DNA of 61,380 bases from Thermoanaerobaculia bacterium (GTDB lineage: Bacteria > Acidobacteriota > Thermoanaerobaculia > Multivoradales > SZUA-115). A model generated the notes under the pieces. That model worked only from the letters and a program-made list of their open reading frames with translations, was not told where the DNA came from and did no database searches. The position numbers and the translations under genes were made by a program. Location: positions 1 to 61,380 of the forward strand of contig JBIOYC010000076.1 in NCBI GenBank assembly GCA_044869955.1, given 5' to 3'. Below are positions 10,326-21,287 of the stretch, in pieces; the first letter of the stretch is position 1, and each line of letters begins with the position of its first letter.

Positions 10326-11435
10326 TCAGCCTGCTGCCGGCCGCCTGGTTGCCACCGCCGAGCGCTGCTTCCAGGCGCTGTAGCCAATGACCCCGACGGT
10401 GATCGCCGTCAGTGGCAGCACGAAGACTTGCATCGCCCAGCTGTAGGCAGGCAGGGCGGCGTGACGGCTGGCGTCCATGATCAGGAAGGTCGTGTAGGCG
10501 CCGTAGTAGGCGAAGAAGATCAGTCCTTCCCAGCGGTAGATCTGATTGCCGTTCGCGAAGATCGGCAGGCAGGCTACGGCCACGGCGATCATCACCGGCA
10601 GATCGAAGCGCAGGGCCGCTGTGGAGACGGTCAGGCCCATCGGGCTGAGCAGCGCCGCAGGGCCCAACACCCCGAGCAGGTTGAAGAGGCTGCTGCCGAT
10701 GACGTTGCCCACGGCGATGTCACGCTCGCCGCGCAGGGCAGCGAGCACCGAGGTCGCGAGCTCGGGCAGTGAGGTACCCACGGCGACCACCGTCAGGGCG
10801 ATGACCAATTCGCTCACGCCCATCGACTGCGCCAGCTCGATGGCGCCGTCGAGGAACCAGCGGGCGCCGAGGAGCAGCAACGCCAGTCCGCCGACCACCA
10901 GGGTCACCTGAGTTGCGGCTCCCGCGGCTCCCAGCCGGACCGAGGGCAGCTCGCGGGCATACTCCGCCCTGATCGCCGCGCTCTCTCGCCGGCTCTGCCA
11001 GACCAGGAACACCGTGTAGGCAGCGGCCCCTGCCGTGAACAGCAGCCCCTCGAGCCGACCGAAAGTGCCGTCCAGGGCGAAGAGGTAGGTGAGAAGCGAG
11101 AGCCCGATGATCACCGGCACGTCGAGGCGGACCAGCCGCTGCGCGACGGCGAGGGGTGCGATCATCGAGGAGACCCCGAGGATCAAGAGCACGTTGCAGA
11201 TGTTGCTACCGACCACGTTGCCGACCGCCAGATCGGCCTGGCCGGCGAGGGCTGACCTGATGGAAACGGCGATCTCCGGCGAGCTGGTGCCGTAGGCCAC
11301 CACCGTCAAGCCGACGACCAGGGGGGAGATCCCCAGCGCCCCTGCCAGCCGAGAGGCACCCCGAACCAGCAGCTCCGCCCCGACGATCAGCAGCGCCAGA
11401 CCCACCCCCATCGTGGCGAAAACCATCCCGCTCAA
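10326..11435 (-). CDS. Ca2+/Na+ antiporter (CaCA family, YrbG-like)
   Basis: Two alpha-repeats GTSSPE...GNVVGSN and GTSLPE...GNVIGSS; about 10 TM segments. The exact start is uncertain. Confidence 0.92.
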   Translation of the reverse strand: MSGMVFATMGVGLALLIVGAELLVRGASRLAGALGISPLVVGLTVVAYGTSSPEIAVSIRSALAGQADLAVGNVVGSNICNVLLILGVSSMIAPLAVAQRLVRLDVPVIIGLSLLTYLFALDGTFGRLEGLLFTAGAAAYTVFLVWQSRRESAAIRAEYARELPSVRLGAAGAATQVTLVVGGLALLLLGARWFLDGAIELAQSMGVSELVIALTVVAVGTSLPELATSVLAALRGERDIAVGNVIGSSLFNLLGVLGPAALLSPMGLTVSTAALRFDLPVMIAVAVACLPIFANGNQIYRWEGLIFFAYYGAYTTFLIMDASRHAALPAYSWAMQVFVLPLTAITVGVIGYSAWKQRSAVATRRPAAG

Positions 11436-11492
11436 GCGGCAACCTCCACAGCAGCCGAGAATCCGAGCTCCTCACCGAGATCAGGGCACCGC

Positions 11493-12812
11493 TCAGCCCG
11501 AGCGGTAACGCGGAACTCCTTCCAGGTCGTGCTCCTTGACCTTGCGCAGCAGGGTCCGGTAGCTCCAGCCCAGCCTCTCGGCGGCCCGGTGCTTGTCGCC
11601 CGCGGTCTCGGTGAGGGCGTCCTTCAAGCGTTCCCTCTCGTTGCCCGCCTCGAGGGGGGCGAGGAGGGGCCCGAGGCCGGAAGCCTCCAGGCTGCTCCCG
11701 TCGGTCAGGATCAGCGCCCTCTCCAGTACGTTCGCGAGCTGGCGGATATTGCCCGGCCAGCTCTGGGCGGCGAGCAGGGCTGCGGCATCCTCGGCCAGGG
11801 ATGGCGGGCGGCGACCCAGGCGGGCCGCGGCACGGGCGAGGAGGTGCTCGGCGAGAGGAGGGACGTCGCCAGGCCGCTCGCGCAGAGCCGGCAGGTGGAT
11901 GGGGAAGATCTCGAGGCGGAAGTAGAGGTCCTGGCGGAAGGTGCCGGCGCCGGCCCCGGCGGCGAGGTCGCGGTTGGTGGCGGCCACCAGCCGCACGTCA
12001 GCCCGCAGGGTAGTGCGGCCCCCCACCCGTTCGAAGGTCCTCTCCTCGAGCACCCGCAAGACCTTCGCCTGAACGCCGAGGGGCAGCTCACCGATCTCGT
12101 CCAGCAGCAGCGTGCCCCCCTGGGCCAGCTCGAAACGCCCCGGCTGGCGATCCATGGCCCCGGTGAAGGCGCCTCGCTCATGGCCGAAGAGCTCGTTTTC
12201 GACCAAAGACTCCGGAATGGCAGCGCAATTGACCGCCACGAAGGGGCCACCGGCACGAGGAGAGAGGCTATGCAGGGTTCGGGCGAAGATCTCCTTGCCG
12301 GTGCCACTCTCGCCGGTCAAGAGCACCGTCGACTCGGTGGGAGCCACCCGCGCCAGCAGATGGAGCGCCGCTCGAAAACGAGGGTGCGAGCCGATCAGGG
12401 GCGGCGCCCCCGGTGCCTGGAAGTTGTTCGCGGCCCCGCCGCGACCCACGATTGGCCCGACCAGGCGGAACAGGTCCTCGAGGTCGACCGGCTTCTCGAG
12501 GAAGTCGACGGCGCCGAGCTTCATCGCCTGGACGGCAGTCTCGACCGTGCCGTAGGCGGTCATCACCACCGCCGGCACGGGCGGCTGGACGCGGCGGCAG
12601 GCAGCCACCACGTCGAGGCCGCTCGCCCCCGGCAACCGGAGGTCGGTCAGCACCAGGGAGAAGGTCTCTCGGTCGAGGTGGGGCAGGGCCTCCTCCGCGC
12701 TGGCGGTGAGGGTGACCTCGTAACCCTCCCTGCTCAGAGCGCGCTCGAGCATGCGGCCGAGGGAGGAGCGATCCTCGACGACGAGGAGCCGCGGCGCGGC
12801 GGTGGCGGACAT
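11493..12812 (-). CDS. sigma54-dependent response regulator (REC-AAA+-HTH; NtrC/PilR-like)
   Basis: REC LTDLRLPG; Walker A GESGTGKE; GAFTGA; LLLDEIGE; WPGNIRQL; C-terminal HTH. Confidence 0.95.
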   Translation of the reverse strand: MSATAAPRLLVVEDRSSLGRMLERALSREGYEVTLTASAEEALPHLDRETFSLVLTDLRLPGASGLDVVAACRRVQPPVPAVVMTAYGTVETAVQAMKLGAVDFLEKPVDLEDLFRLVGPIVGRGGAANNFQAPGAPPLIGSHPRFRAALHLLARVAPTESTVLLTGESGTGKEIFARTLHSLSPRAGGPFVAVNCAAIPESLVENELFGHERGAFTGAMDRQPGRFELAQGGTLLLDEIGELPLGVQAKVLRVLEERTFERVGGRTTLRADVRLVAATNRDLAAGAGAGTFRQDLYFRLEIFPIHLPALRERPGDVPPLAEHLLARAAARLGRRPPSLAEDAAALLAAQSWPGNIRQLANVLERALILTDGSSLEASGLGPLLAPLEAGNERERLKDALTETAGDKHRAAERLGWSYRTLLRKVKEHDLEGVPRYRSG

Positions 12813-12904
12813 CGTAGACAGCCTGGATGCTCCGGAAAGTCGAACCGTATAATCCTACGCGGAAAAGCCCGTCGGCCCGGCCGGCGGCGAACGAGCGGAG
12901 ACCC

Positions 12905-13444
12905 TTGAACAGACCCAGCAACGATGTCGACCGGCTGGCGAGCGCCATCGAGGAGCTGCGCATCGAGTACGAGCGGTTCTTCAACGGTGCCCTGCCGACC
13001 CCCCCCCTGGTCCTGCGCGACCGCCTCCAGCGCAAGCTGCGCCTGGTGCGCGAGCAGCCTCTGCTCTCCGCCCTCGACCGTTTTCGCCTCTCCCAGCTCG
13101 AGGCGCGCTTCAACTCCCTCGGTGAGCTGAACAACCGGCGTCTGAAGGAGAAGGAGGAGGGACGGAGTCATCCGATCTTCGACTTGGCGCCTGCCCGGCC
13201 GCATCTCGACGCCGAGGCCGGCATCGTGCTCGGCCAACAACCTTCGCAGGATGCGGTGGAGGCGCTGTACCAGGGTCTATATCGGACCTCAGGCGACCTC
13301 ACTTACGACCTCGAGAGCTTCCGCCGCTATCTGGACCGCCAACTGGAGTCGATCCGGGAGAAGACCGGCTGCCAGGAGGTCTGCTTCCGGCTCGTCCAGG
13401 AGGACGGCCAGACCAAGCTCAAGGCCCGGCCCATCCGGGACTGA
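12905..13444 (+). CDS. Uncharacterised cytoplasmic protein resembling the MXAN_5187 C-terminal-domain family
   Basis: LRIEYERFFNG...RFRLSQLEARFNSL and C-terminal VCFRLVQEDGQTKLKARP. Start moved to TTG 12905 (GGAG RBS; TATAAT at 12848-12853). Family recalled from memory. Confidence 0.6.
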   Translation: MNRPSNDVDRLASAIEELRIEYERFFNGALPTPPLVLRDRLQRKLRLVREQPLLSALDRFRLSQLEARFNSLGELNNRRLKEKEEGRSHPIFDLAPARPHLDAEAGIVLGQQPSQDAVEALYQGLYRTSGDLTYDLESFRRYLDRQLESIREKTGCQEVCFRLVQEDGQTKLKARPIRD

Positions 13445-13466
13445 GCGGGAAAGAACGGAGAACGAC

Positions 13467-14516
13467 GTGCATCGAATGAGCTTGCTTGCCCTTTCCGGCC
13501 TGGCGGCGATCGCCCTTCTCGCAGCGGCGACGCCTCCCCAGAGCGTCGAGACCGCCATCGAAAAGCAGCGTGCCCTCGTGGCCAGCCACCCGAACGATTC
13601 TGCCGCCCAGAACGACCTCGGCAACCTGCTGCGCATGAGCGGCCAGCTCGCCGCGGCCGAGGAGGCCTACCGCGCCGCCATCGCCGCCGACCCGGTGAAG
13701 ACCGTGCCGCGCTACAACCTGGCCCTGCTCCTCCAACAGCAGAGCCAAAGCCGCGCCGCCCTGCGCGAGCTCGAGGGAGTGGTCGAGATCGACGCCGGCC
13801 ACGCCTGGGCTCACTATCAGATCGGCGCCATCAAGGAGTCGCGTGGTGACGACGAGGGTGCCCTGGCGTCGTACGCCCGGGCTTTCGCGCTGAAGCCGGA
13901 CCTGGCTTCGGACAAAGTGAACCCGCAGGTCATCGAGAGCAAGCTCTCGACGCGCGCGATGCTGGTGGCCAACAGCAACCGCGCCGCGCTCACCCAGGCC
14001 GGTAGCTCCTACGAGGATCCAGCCCGCATCGCCGTCCTGCTCGTGCCACCGCTTCCTTCGAGCGCCTCGGCAACGGAGCCCGGGAGCGAGGCCGCGACGG
14101 CTCCGGCCGTCACGCCATCCCCGACGCCCGCGCCGCGCAGCAGCAAGACGACCGAGCCCGCAGCGAGCTCAGCCCGTGTGCTCGACCAGCAGAGCCTGGA
14201 CGAGGACCGCCCCACCGGGCAGGTGCGGCCCTCCGCGGGTAGCGCGCCGTCGGGCAACCGCAGCGGCGGCGTCCGCTCGACCGGGGCCAACCGCACCTGG
14301 CAGCAGTCCGCGACGGGCGGCTCCTCCTCGGCACCGCGCACCCAGGCCGGGCGGCCCACAGCCGTGGGGCAGCCGCGAGTCGCGACGCCGACGGTCTCAC
14401 AGCCCGGTACCCCCGGCGCCAAGCAAACGCAGCCCGGCTACCGCCCCGGCACCGCCAGCACCGCCTGGCCGCAGAACCGGATCTACCAGCCGGAGCCGCT
14501 GCCGCCGAACGAGTGA
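13467..14516 (+). CDS. Exported TPR protein with a long disordered Ser/Thr/Pro tail
   Basis: GGAG RBS and GTG 13467; signal-like N-terminus; TPRs AQNDLGNLL, RYNLALLL, AHYQIGAI. Confidence 0.75.
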   Translation: MHRMSLLALSGLAAIALLAAATPPQSVETAIEKQRALVASHPNDSAAQNDLGNLLRMSGQLAAAEEAYRAAIAADPVKTVPRYNLALLLQQQSQSRAALRELEGVVEIDAGHAWAHYQIGAIKESRGDDEGALASYARAFALKPDLASDKVNPQVIESKLSTRAMLVANSNRAALTQAGSSYEDPARIAVLLVPPLPSSASATEPGSEAATAPAVTPSPTPAPRSSKTTEPAASSARVLDQQSLDEDRPTGQVRPSAGSAPSGNRSGGVRSTGANRTWQQSATGGSSSAPRTQAGRPTAVGQPRVATPTVSQPGTPGAKQTQPGYRPGTASTAWPQNRIYQPEPLPPNE

Positions 14517-14526
14517 GGGGGACGGC

Positions 14527-15597
14527 CTACACGTTGAACCGCACGTGCAGGACGTCCCCGTCCTGCACGACGTACTCCTTGCCTTCGAGGCGGAGCAGGG
14601 CCTTGTCGCGGCAGGCGGCGAGGGTCTTCCACCGCAGCAGGTCCTCCCAGCCCACCACCTCGGCGCGGATGAAGCCCTTCTCGAGGTCCGAGTGGATGAC
14701 GCCGGCGGCCTGGCGGGCGGGGGTGCTGCGGCGGATGGTCCAGGCCCGCACCTCGTCCTCGCCGACGGTGAAGAAGGAGATCAGACCCAGGAGGCTGTAG
14801 CTCGCCTGCACCAAGCGATCGAGGCTCGGCTCGGCCAGGCCCAGCTCGGCGAGGAAGTCCACTTGCTCCTCGCGGGGCAGGCGGGAGATCTCCTCCTCGA
14901 TAGGTGCCGAGATGACCATCGCCACAGTCCCCGCGCTGGTCGGCAGGGCAGCGGCGATCTCCTGACTGCGGGCGAGGGAGACCTCGTCGACGTTGACCAC
15001 TACCAGCATGGGCTTGGCCGAGAGCAGCTGGAAGCCGCGCAGGCGGCGCTCGTCGTCTGCATCCAGCTCCACGGCGCGCAGCGGCTTCTCGGACTCGAGG
15101 GCCGGCAGGATGACCTCCGCCAGCAGGGCCTGTTCCTTCTTCTCGTCGGCGGTGAGGCCCCGCTTCACGGACTTCTCCAGCCGTTCGATCCGCCGCTCGA
15201 CGAGACTGTGGTCGGCGAGGATCAGCTCGAGGTCGAAGGTGCCGACGTCGCGGGCCGGGTCCACCGAGCCCTCCGGATGGAGGATCTCGGCGTCCTCGAA
15301 GCCCCGCACCACGTGGACCAGGGCATCGACGTTCTTGAGCTCGGCGAGGTCGAGCCCCTCCCTCCCCTCTCCCTTCTTCACCCCCGGCACGTCGACGTAG
15401 GTGACCGTCGCGGGCACGTAGCGCTTGGGCGAGAAGAGGTCTCGCAGCTGCTCGAGGCGGCGGTCCGGCACCGGGGCGACGCCGACGTTGGTCTTGCGCG
15501 AGGCGGCGAACTTGTCCGTCTCCTGGCGAGAGGCGGTGAGGGTATTGAACAGCGTGGTCTTCCCGGCCTTGGGAAAGCCGACGATGCCAAGCTCCAT
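14527..15597 (-). CDS. ychF: Ribosome-binding ATPase YchF
   Basis: GIVGFPKAGKTTLFN, FFTVGEDEVRAWTI, IHSDLEKGFIRAEV, EGKEYVVQDGD..RFNV. Confidence 0.96.
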   Translation of the reverse strand: MELGIVGFPKAGKTTLFNTLTASRQETDKFAASRKTNVGVAPVPDRRLEQLRDLFSPKRYVPATVTYVDVPGVKKGEGREGLDLAELKNVDALVHVVRGFEDAEILHPEGSVDPARDVGTFDLELILADHSLVERRIERLEKSVKRGLTADEKKEQALLAEVILPALESEKPLRAVELDADDERRLRGFQLLSAKPMLVVVNVDEVSLARSQEIAAALPTSAGTVAMVISAPIEEEISRLPREEQVDFLAELGLAEPSLDRLVQASYSLLGLISFFTVGEDEVRAWTIRRSTPARQAAGVIHSDLEKGFIRAEVVGWEDLLRWKTLAACRDKALLRLEGKEYVVQDGDVLHVRFNV

Positions 15598-15610
15598 GCG
15601 ATGACTCCTT

Positions 15611-16900
15611 CTACGAGGCCTCGACGAGCTCGAGGCCCTCGATGAGCAGGGTGGGCGAGCCGATCATGCCGTCCAGGGGAAAGAAGCGCAGGTCCCGGGC
15701 GACCGCCACGAGGCCTGTGAAGAGGGCCGCGATCGTACCGCTGATCGCCACCGAGGCGATGGGGGCACGCGCCCGTCCATCCTCGAGCACGAAGCCGAGC
15801 ACGGGCAGGGTGAAACGGTCAGCCTCGAAGTCGAAGCGGGCCGCGCCCGCAGCCTCGATCCAGTAGAAGCCGCGGTCGACGCGGGCGATCAGGCTGGCGG
15901 GGGAGAGGCGGCTCTCTCGCCCCAGGAAGAGGTGGCTGGCCCCGGGTCGGGGCAGGTCCCGCCAGCTGGCCCGGCGCTGGCCCGCGGGGCCGAGGCTGCT
16001 CCGGGCGGCCCCTGAGCGCGGGAGCTGCCCCTCCGCCACCAACACTCGGCGGCGCGTGGGGGCTCCCACCCCATCCCAGCCGGCCGCGAGCACTCCGCCC
16101 GGGAGCCGACCGTCGTCGACCACCGTCCAGGCCTCGCTGCCCAGCCGCCCCTGGCGGTCGGCCCAGGGAGCGAGGCCCTCGGCCGCCTGCTCGCCCGCCA
16201 ACCGGGGCAGCAGACCCTCGAGCAGCCGGGCCCCGACCGGCGGCGCCAGCAGCATCGCTCCCCGGCGCTCCGCCGGAAGCCGGCCGGACTCGGCGACGGA
16301 GAGGGCGTCCGCGAGCTGGCGCGCGAGGCCCCGAGCGGAGAGCCGGCGGGCCTCGCTCTCCGCCGTGCCCAGCACCCGCGTCCGCCCGGCCGGGCCTCGG
16401 GCCTCGAGACGAAGAGCGGCGAGGCGATGGCGCCAGGCGACGTCGACGCCCCGGCTGTTGACCAGCCGGCTCTCGCTCGCCCCCTCGTCGAGGTCCGCGG
16501 CCACCAGACGTGCCCCGGGCAGCTCCGCGCCGAGCTCGCGGCCGATCGCCGCCAGCAGGGCCAGGCTTTCGCGCTCGGCGAGCAAGGGAGCATCCAGCTC
16601 TCGGGGCTCCTGCCAGGGCTCGCCGGTCTCCGGCTCGGGCAGGTCGAGCGGACGGCCGGCGAGCATCGGCCAGCCCTTCTCGGCCTCGGGGGGCGAACCG
16701 GTGCCGCAGGCGAAGAAGGAGCCACCGCGCTCACCGGCCCGCACGGCCCAGCCGGCTTCCTCCGTGGCGGTCACCAGCTCGGACGCCTCGGCGAGGGCCA
16801 CGTGGCGGCTGCGGCCGGTCTTGACGTAGACCTCGGCCGTCCGCAAGCCGCCTCGCGCCAGGGCCACGAGCACCGGGGAGGGCGAGGCGGGACCGCTCAT
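15611..16900 (-). CDS. PmbA/TldE-family protein, divergent
   Basis: LVNSRGV, TVVDDG, DGVG, GSPTLLIEGL; no HExxxH; ATGA overlap with the tldD-like gene. Confidence 0.75.
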   Translation of the reverse strand: MSGPASPSPVLVALARGGLRTAEVYVKTGRSRHVALAEASELVTATEEAGWAVRAGERGGSFFACGTGSPPEAEKGWPMLAGRPLDLPEPETGEPWQEPRELDAPLLAERESLALLAAIGRELGAELPGARLVAADLDEGASESRLVNSRGVDVAWRHRLAALRLEARGPAGRTRVLGTAESEARRLSARGLARQLADALSVAESGRLPAERRGAMLLAPPVGARLLEGLLPRLAGEQAAEGLAPWADRQGRLGSEAWTVVDDGRLPGGVLAAGWDGVGAPTRRRVLVAEGQLPRSGAARSSLGPAGQRRASWRDLPRPGASHLFLGRESRLSPASLIARVDRGFYWIEAAGAARFDFEADRFTLPVLGFVLEDGRARAPIASVAISGTIAALFTGLVAVARDLRFFPLDGMIGSPTLLIEGLELVEAS

Positions 16901-18210
16901 GGACGGATCTCGACGGCGCCCAGGGCGAGGGCGGGGGTGGTCGCCCACACCGGCAGGCGCTGGCCGCCCTTGGCGCACCAGCCGGCTCCGGCCGGCTCCG
17001 AGCGGTTGCCCACCCCGTAGATGGAACCGAGCAAGTCCGCCACGGTGCTCGAGAGCCGGAACCGACCCACCGGCTCGGTGGGCTCACCGCCACGGATCCG
17101 CCGGGCATAGGGCACCGAGAGCTCGAAGCGGCCGGTGCCCGGATCGAGGCGACCCCAGTCGGCCTCGGGAACCGCCAACCCCCCCTCGGCCCCGGCCAGG
17201 AGCTCGCTTTCGGCCCGCGATCCGGTGAGCACCTCGAGATGGGTGGAGCGGGGGCCGGGAGGTAGATCGCGCCGGCCGCGGCGACCGGCGCCCGGCACCA
17301 GATCGGCCGATGCGCGAGCCCAGACCAGGTCGGCCAGGGGCTGCTCCACGACGCCGGCACGCAACAGCCAGCGGCGGCTGACGGCCAGGCCTTCGTCGTC
17401 GGTGGTCCGTCCGGTCTCACCAGGGGCGGAGCCGGGGTCGTCGAGCACCGACAGGTCGCTCGGCCCGAGCTTGAGGCCCACCGCCCGGCCAGGGTCACCG
17501 CTCGCGCCGAGCACGTCCGCTTCGAGCGCGTGGGCGATGGCCTCGTGGAGCAGCACGGCTGCCGCCGCCGGAGCCAGCACCACCTGCTCCCGCCCAGGCC
17601 GGGGAGGCGGTGCCTGGCGGGCCCGGAAGCGCGCCACCAGGGCGGCGGCGATGCGCTCCGCGGCGGCCGCGTCGAGGGCCGCCAGCAGGGTGCCCCAGCG
17701 GCCCCAGGGCATCTCGGCCTCGAGTGAGAAGAAGCGCTCCCCCTCGGGTGCTGGCACCAGCCGCGGCCCCACCACCTGGATCTCGCGGCGGTGGCTGCGC
17801 ACGGCCAGGCGCAGGGGGAAAGCCACACGCCGGCGAGCGATGGCGCTCTCCACCGCCTCTGCGAAGCCGGCGAGCTCGACCAGGGGGGCCGGCTCGTCCC
17901 AGGGCGGCATGGCGAGGCGGGGCTCGGCGCCCGGGCTCGCCGACCAGGCGCGGGCGACCTGCCGCAGGGCACGGGCGAAGCTCGCCCCGTCGATCTCGTC
18001 GCGAGAGGCCAGGTAGGTCCGCCGGCCCCGAACCAGGCGCACGGCCAGGCCCTGCTCTCGTCTCACCCGACCCGGTGGGGGGCCCTCGGCGCCGTGCCAG
18101 GCGGCTTCCTCGAGCCTCTCGAAGTAGGCATCCACCCAGTCCTCCGGCTCCTCCAGGAGGGCCGAGAGAGAGCGGGCGACGGCAGCTGTATCGAGACCGG
18201 CGAAGGACAC
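16897..18210 (-). CDS. tldD: TldD-family metalloprotease
   Basis: [13 protein letters not shown] metal motif, [16 protein letters not shown]. Confidence 0.8.
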   Translation of the reverse strand: MSFAGLDTAAVARSLSALLEEPEDWVDAYFERLEEAAWHGAEGPPPGRVRREQGLAVRLVRGRRTYLASRDEIDGASFARALRQVARAWSASPGAEPRLAMPPWDEPAPLVELAGFAEAVESAIARRRVAFPLRLAVRSHRREIQVVGPRLVPAPEGERFFSLEAEMPWGRWGTLLAALDAAAAERIAAALVARFRARQAPPPRPGREQVVLAPAAAAVLLHEAIAHALEADVLGASGDPGRAVGLKLGPSDLSVLDDPGSAPGETGRTTDDEGLAVSRRWLLRAGVVEQPLADLVWARASADLVPGAGRRGRRDLPPGPRSTHLEVLTGSRAESELLAGAEGGLAVPEADWGRLDPGTGRFELSVPYARRIRGGEPTEPVGRFRLSSTVADLLGSIYGVGNRSEPAGAGWCAKGGQRLPVWATTPALALGAVEIRP

Positions 18211-18260
18211 CCGGGGATTCTCGCACAGGGTTCCGGTGTGATAGAGAAGCCGGCGCGACC

Positions 18261-19853
<1,593 letters not shown>

Positions 19854-19864
19854 CGGGAGGCGCG

Positions 19865-20374
19865 ATGAGCGAGCCTCGGAAACCCCGGGTGGGGATCTTG
19901 ATGGGCAGCGACTCGGACTGGCCGGTGATGGAAGAGGCCTGGCGCACGCTGGAGCGCTTCGGCGTACCGGCCGAGGTGCGGGTGATCTCGGCCCACCGCC
20001 GCCCGGACGACGTTGCGGAGTACGCCAAGACCGCTGCCGAGCGAGGCCTCGGGGTGATCATCGCCGGGGCCGGTGGCGCCGCACACCTGCCCGGGGTAGC
20101 AGCTGCGATGACGCCGCTGCCGGTGGTGGGAGTGCCGGTCCAGACCCGAGAGCTCAGCGGCCTCGATTCCCTGCTCTCGATCGTCCAGATGCCCACTGGC
20201 GTGCCGGTGGCCACGGTCGGCATCAACCGCGCGGCCAACGCCGCTCTGCTCGCCGTTCAGATCCTCGCCACCGCCGACGCCGACCTCGCCGCCAAGTTCC
20301 GTGCCCACAAGGCCGAGCTGGTCGAGAAGGGCAGAGCCGCGGACGAGAAGCTGGTGGCGAGCCTGCTGGGGTGA
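19865..20374 (+). CDS. purE: N5-carboxyaminoimidazole ribonucleotide mutase
   Basis: [37 protein letters not shown]. Confidence 0.97.
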   Translation: MSEPRKPRVGILMGSDSDWPVMEEAWRTLERFGVPAEVRVISAHRRPDDVAEYAKTAAERGLGVIIAGAGGAAHLPGVAAAMTPLPVVGVPVQTRELSGLDSLLSIVQMPTGVPVATVGINRAANAALLAVQILATADADLAAKFRAHKAELVEKGRAADEKLVASLLG

Positions 20375-20406
20375 CCAGCCTCGGCTCGACCTCGTCGGCC
20401 TCCTCC

Positions 20407-20436
20407 TTGACAGCCCACCTCCCGCTACGGCAAGCT
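20407..20436 (+). promoter_or_regulatory. Putative sigma70 promoter for the small protein-rpiB-glyA unit
   Basis: TTGACA-N18-CAAGCT. Confidence 0.4.
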
Positions 20437-20510
20437 GCCCTTTGGTCTTGCCCCATACCAGGCGGCCCTGCCGGGAGGTGGTGCCGCCGCGTGCGTTCCG
20501 AGGAGGCAGC

Positions 20511-20786
20511 ATGAGAGAGAAGGACCGTGAGTTGAACCGCCGACGTCACCGCCGCGCCAAGCGCCTGCGGGACCGCCGTCGTGAAGCGAACGAAGCATTG
20601 AAGGCATCCTCGGCGAGCGCCTCGAAGCGCCCCGCCGCCAAACCGGCCGCCACCAAGAAGGCGACCCCGGCCAAGGAAGAGGGCGCCGCTCCGGCAGCGG
20701 AAGCCAAGAAGCCCGCCGCAAAGAAGGCCGCACCGAAGAAGGCCGAGCCCGAGGTCGTGCCGGCTGCCGAGCCCGAGGCGTCGTGA
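20511..20786 (+). CDS. Small basic protein (Arg-rich N-terminus, Lys/Ala/Pro-rich tail)
   Basis: GAGGAGG RBS; MREKDRELNRRRHRRAKRLR...PAAKKAAPKK; stop overlaps the rpiB GTG (GTGA). Confidence 0.7.
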   Translation: MREKDRELNRRRHRRAKRLRDRRREANEALKASSASASKRPAAKPAATKKATPAKEEGAAPAAEAKKPAAKKAAPKKAEPEVVPAAEPEAS

Positions 20787-21232
20787 AGGTTGCCCTCGGC
20801 GCCGACCACGCCGGCTTCCACCTGAAGGAGCATCTGCGCTCCTTCCTCGCCGGAGCGGGCCATTCGGTCCAGGACTTCGGCACTCACTCCCTCGAATCGG
20901 TCGACTACCCGGACCTCGCTGCCACGGTCGCTCACGCGGTGGCCGAGGGCCGGTTCGAGGCCGGGATCCTCATCTGCGGCTCCGGCTCCGGCATGGCCAT
21001 CGCTGCCAACAAGGTCGCCGGGATCCGCGCCGCCCCTTGCTTCGACGTCACCTCGGCCCGCCTCGCCCGCGCCCACAACAACGCCAACGTCCTGGCGCTC
21101 GGCGAGCGGCTGGTGGGCTCGGCCGTAGCCGAGGACGTGGCGACCGCATTCTTGTCGACTCCGTTCGAAGGTGGACGCCACGAGCGGCGGGTCGGTAAGA
21201 TCACCGCTCTCGAGACCCTCGACCCAACCTGA
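20783..21232 (+). CDS. rpiB: Ribose-5-phosphate isomerase B
   Basis: [36 protein letters not shown]. Confidence 0.96.
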   Translation: MKVALGADHAGFHLKEHLRSFLAGAGHSVQDFGTHSLESVDYPDLAATVAHAVAEGRFEAGILICGSGSGMAIAANKVAGIRAAPCFDVTSARLARAHNNANVLALGERLVGSAVAEDVATAFLSTPFEGGRHERRVGKITALETLDPT

Positions 21233-21287
21233 CGCGCACTCCGTCCGCGCCGCCGGCGGATCGCTCCTGCCGAGGAGATCCATTGTC

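Noticed and set aside
17610-18260. Long N-terminal extensions in the ORF track (pccB-like from 17610, GT-C from 26009, truA from 49782, pckA from 56512, SprT-like from 59522) suggesting fusions
   Set aside because: The extensions overlap other real genes and are low-complexity Arg/Pro/Gly. Downstream starts fit family N-termini and RBS or overlap context.
21233-21287. Possible ZTP or glycine riboswitch before glyA
   Set aside because: The gap is only 55 nt and lacks the conserved aptamer motifs.
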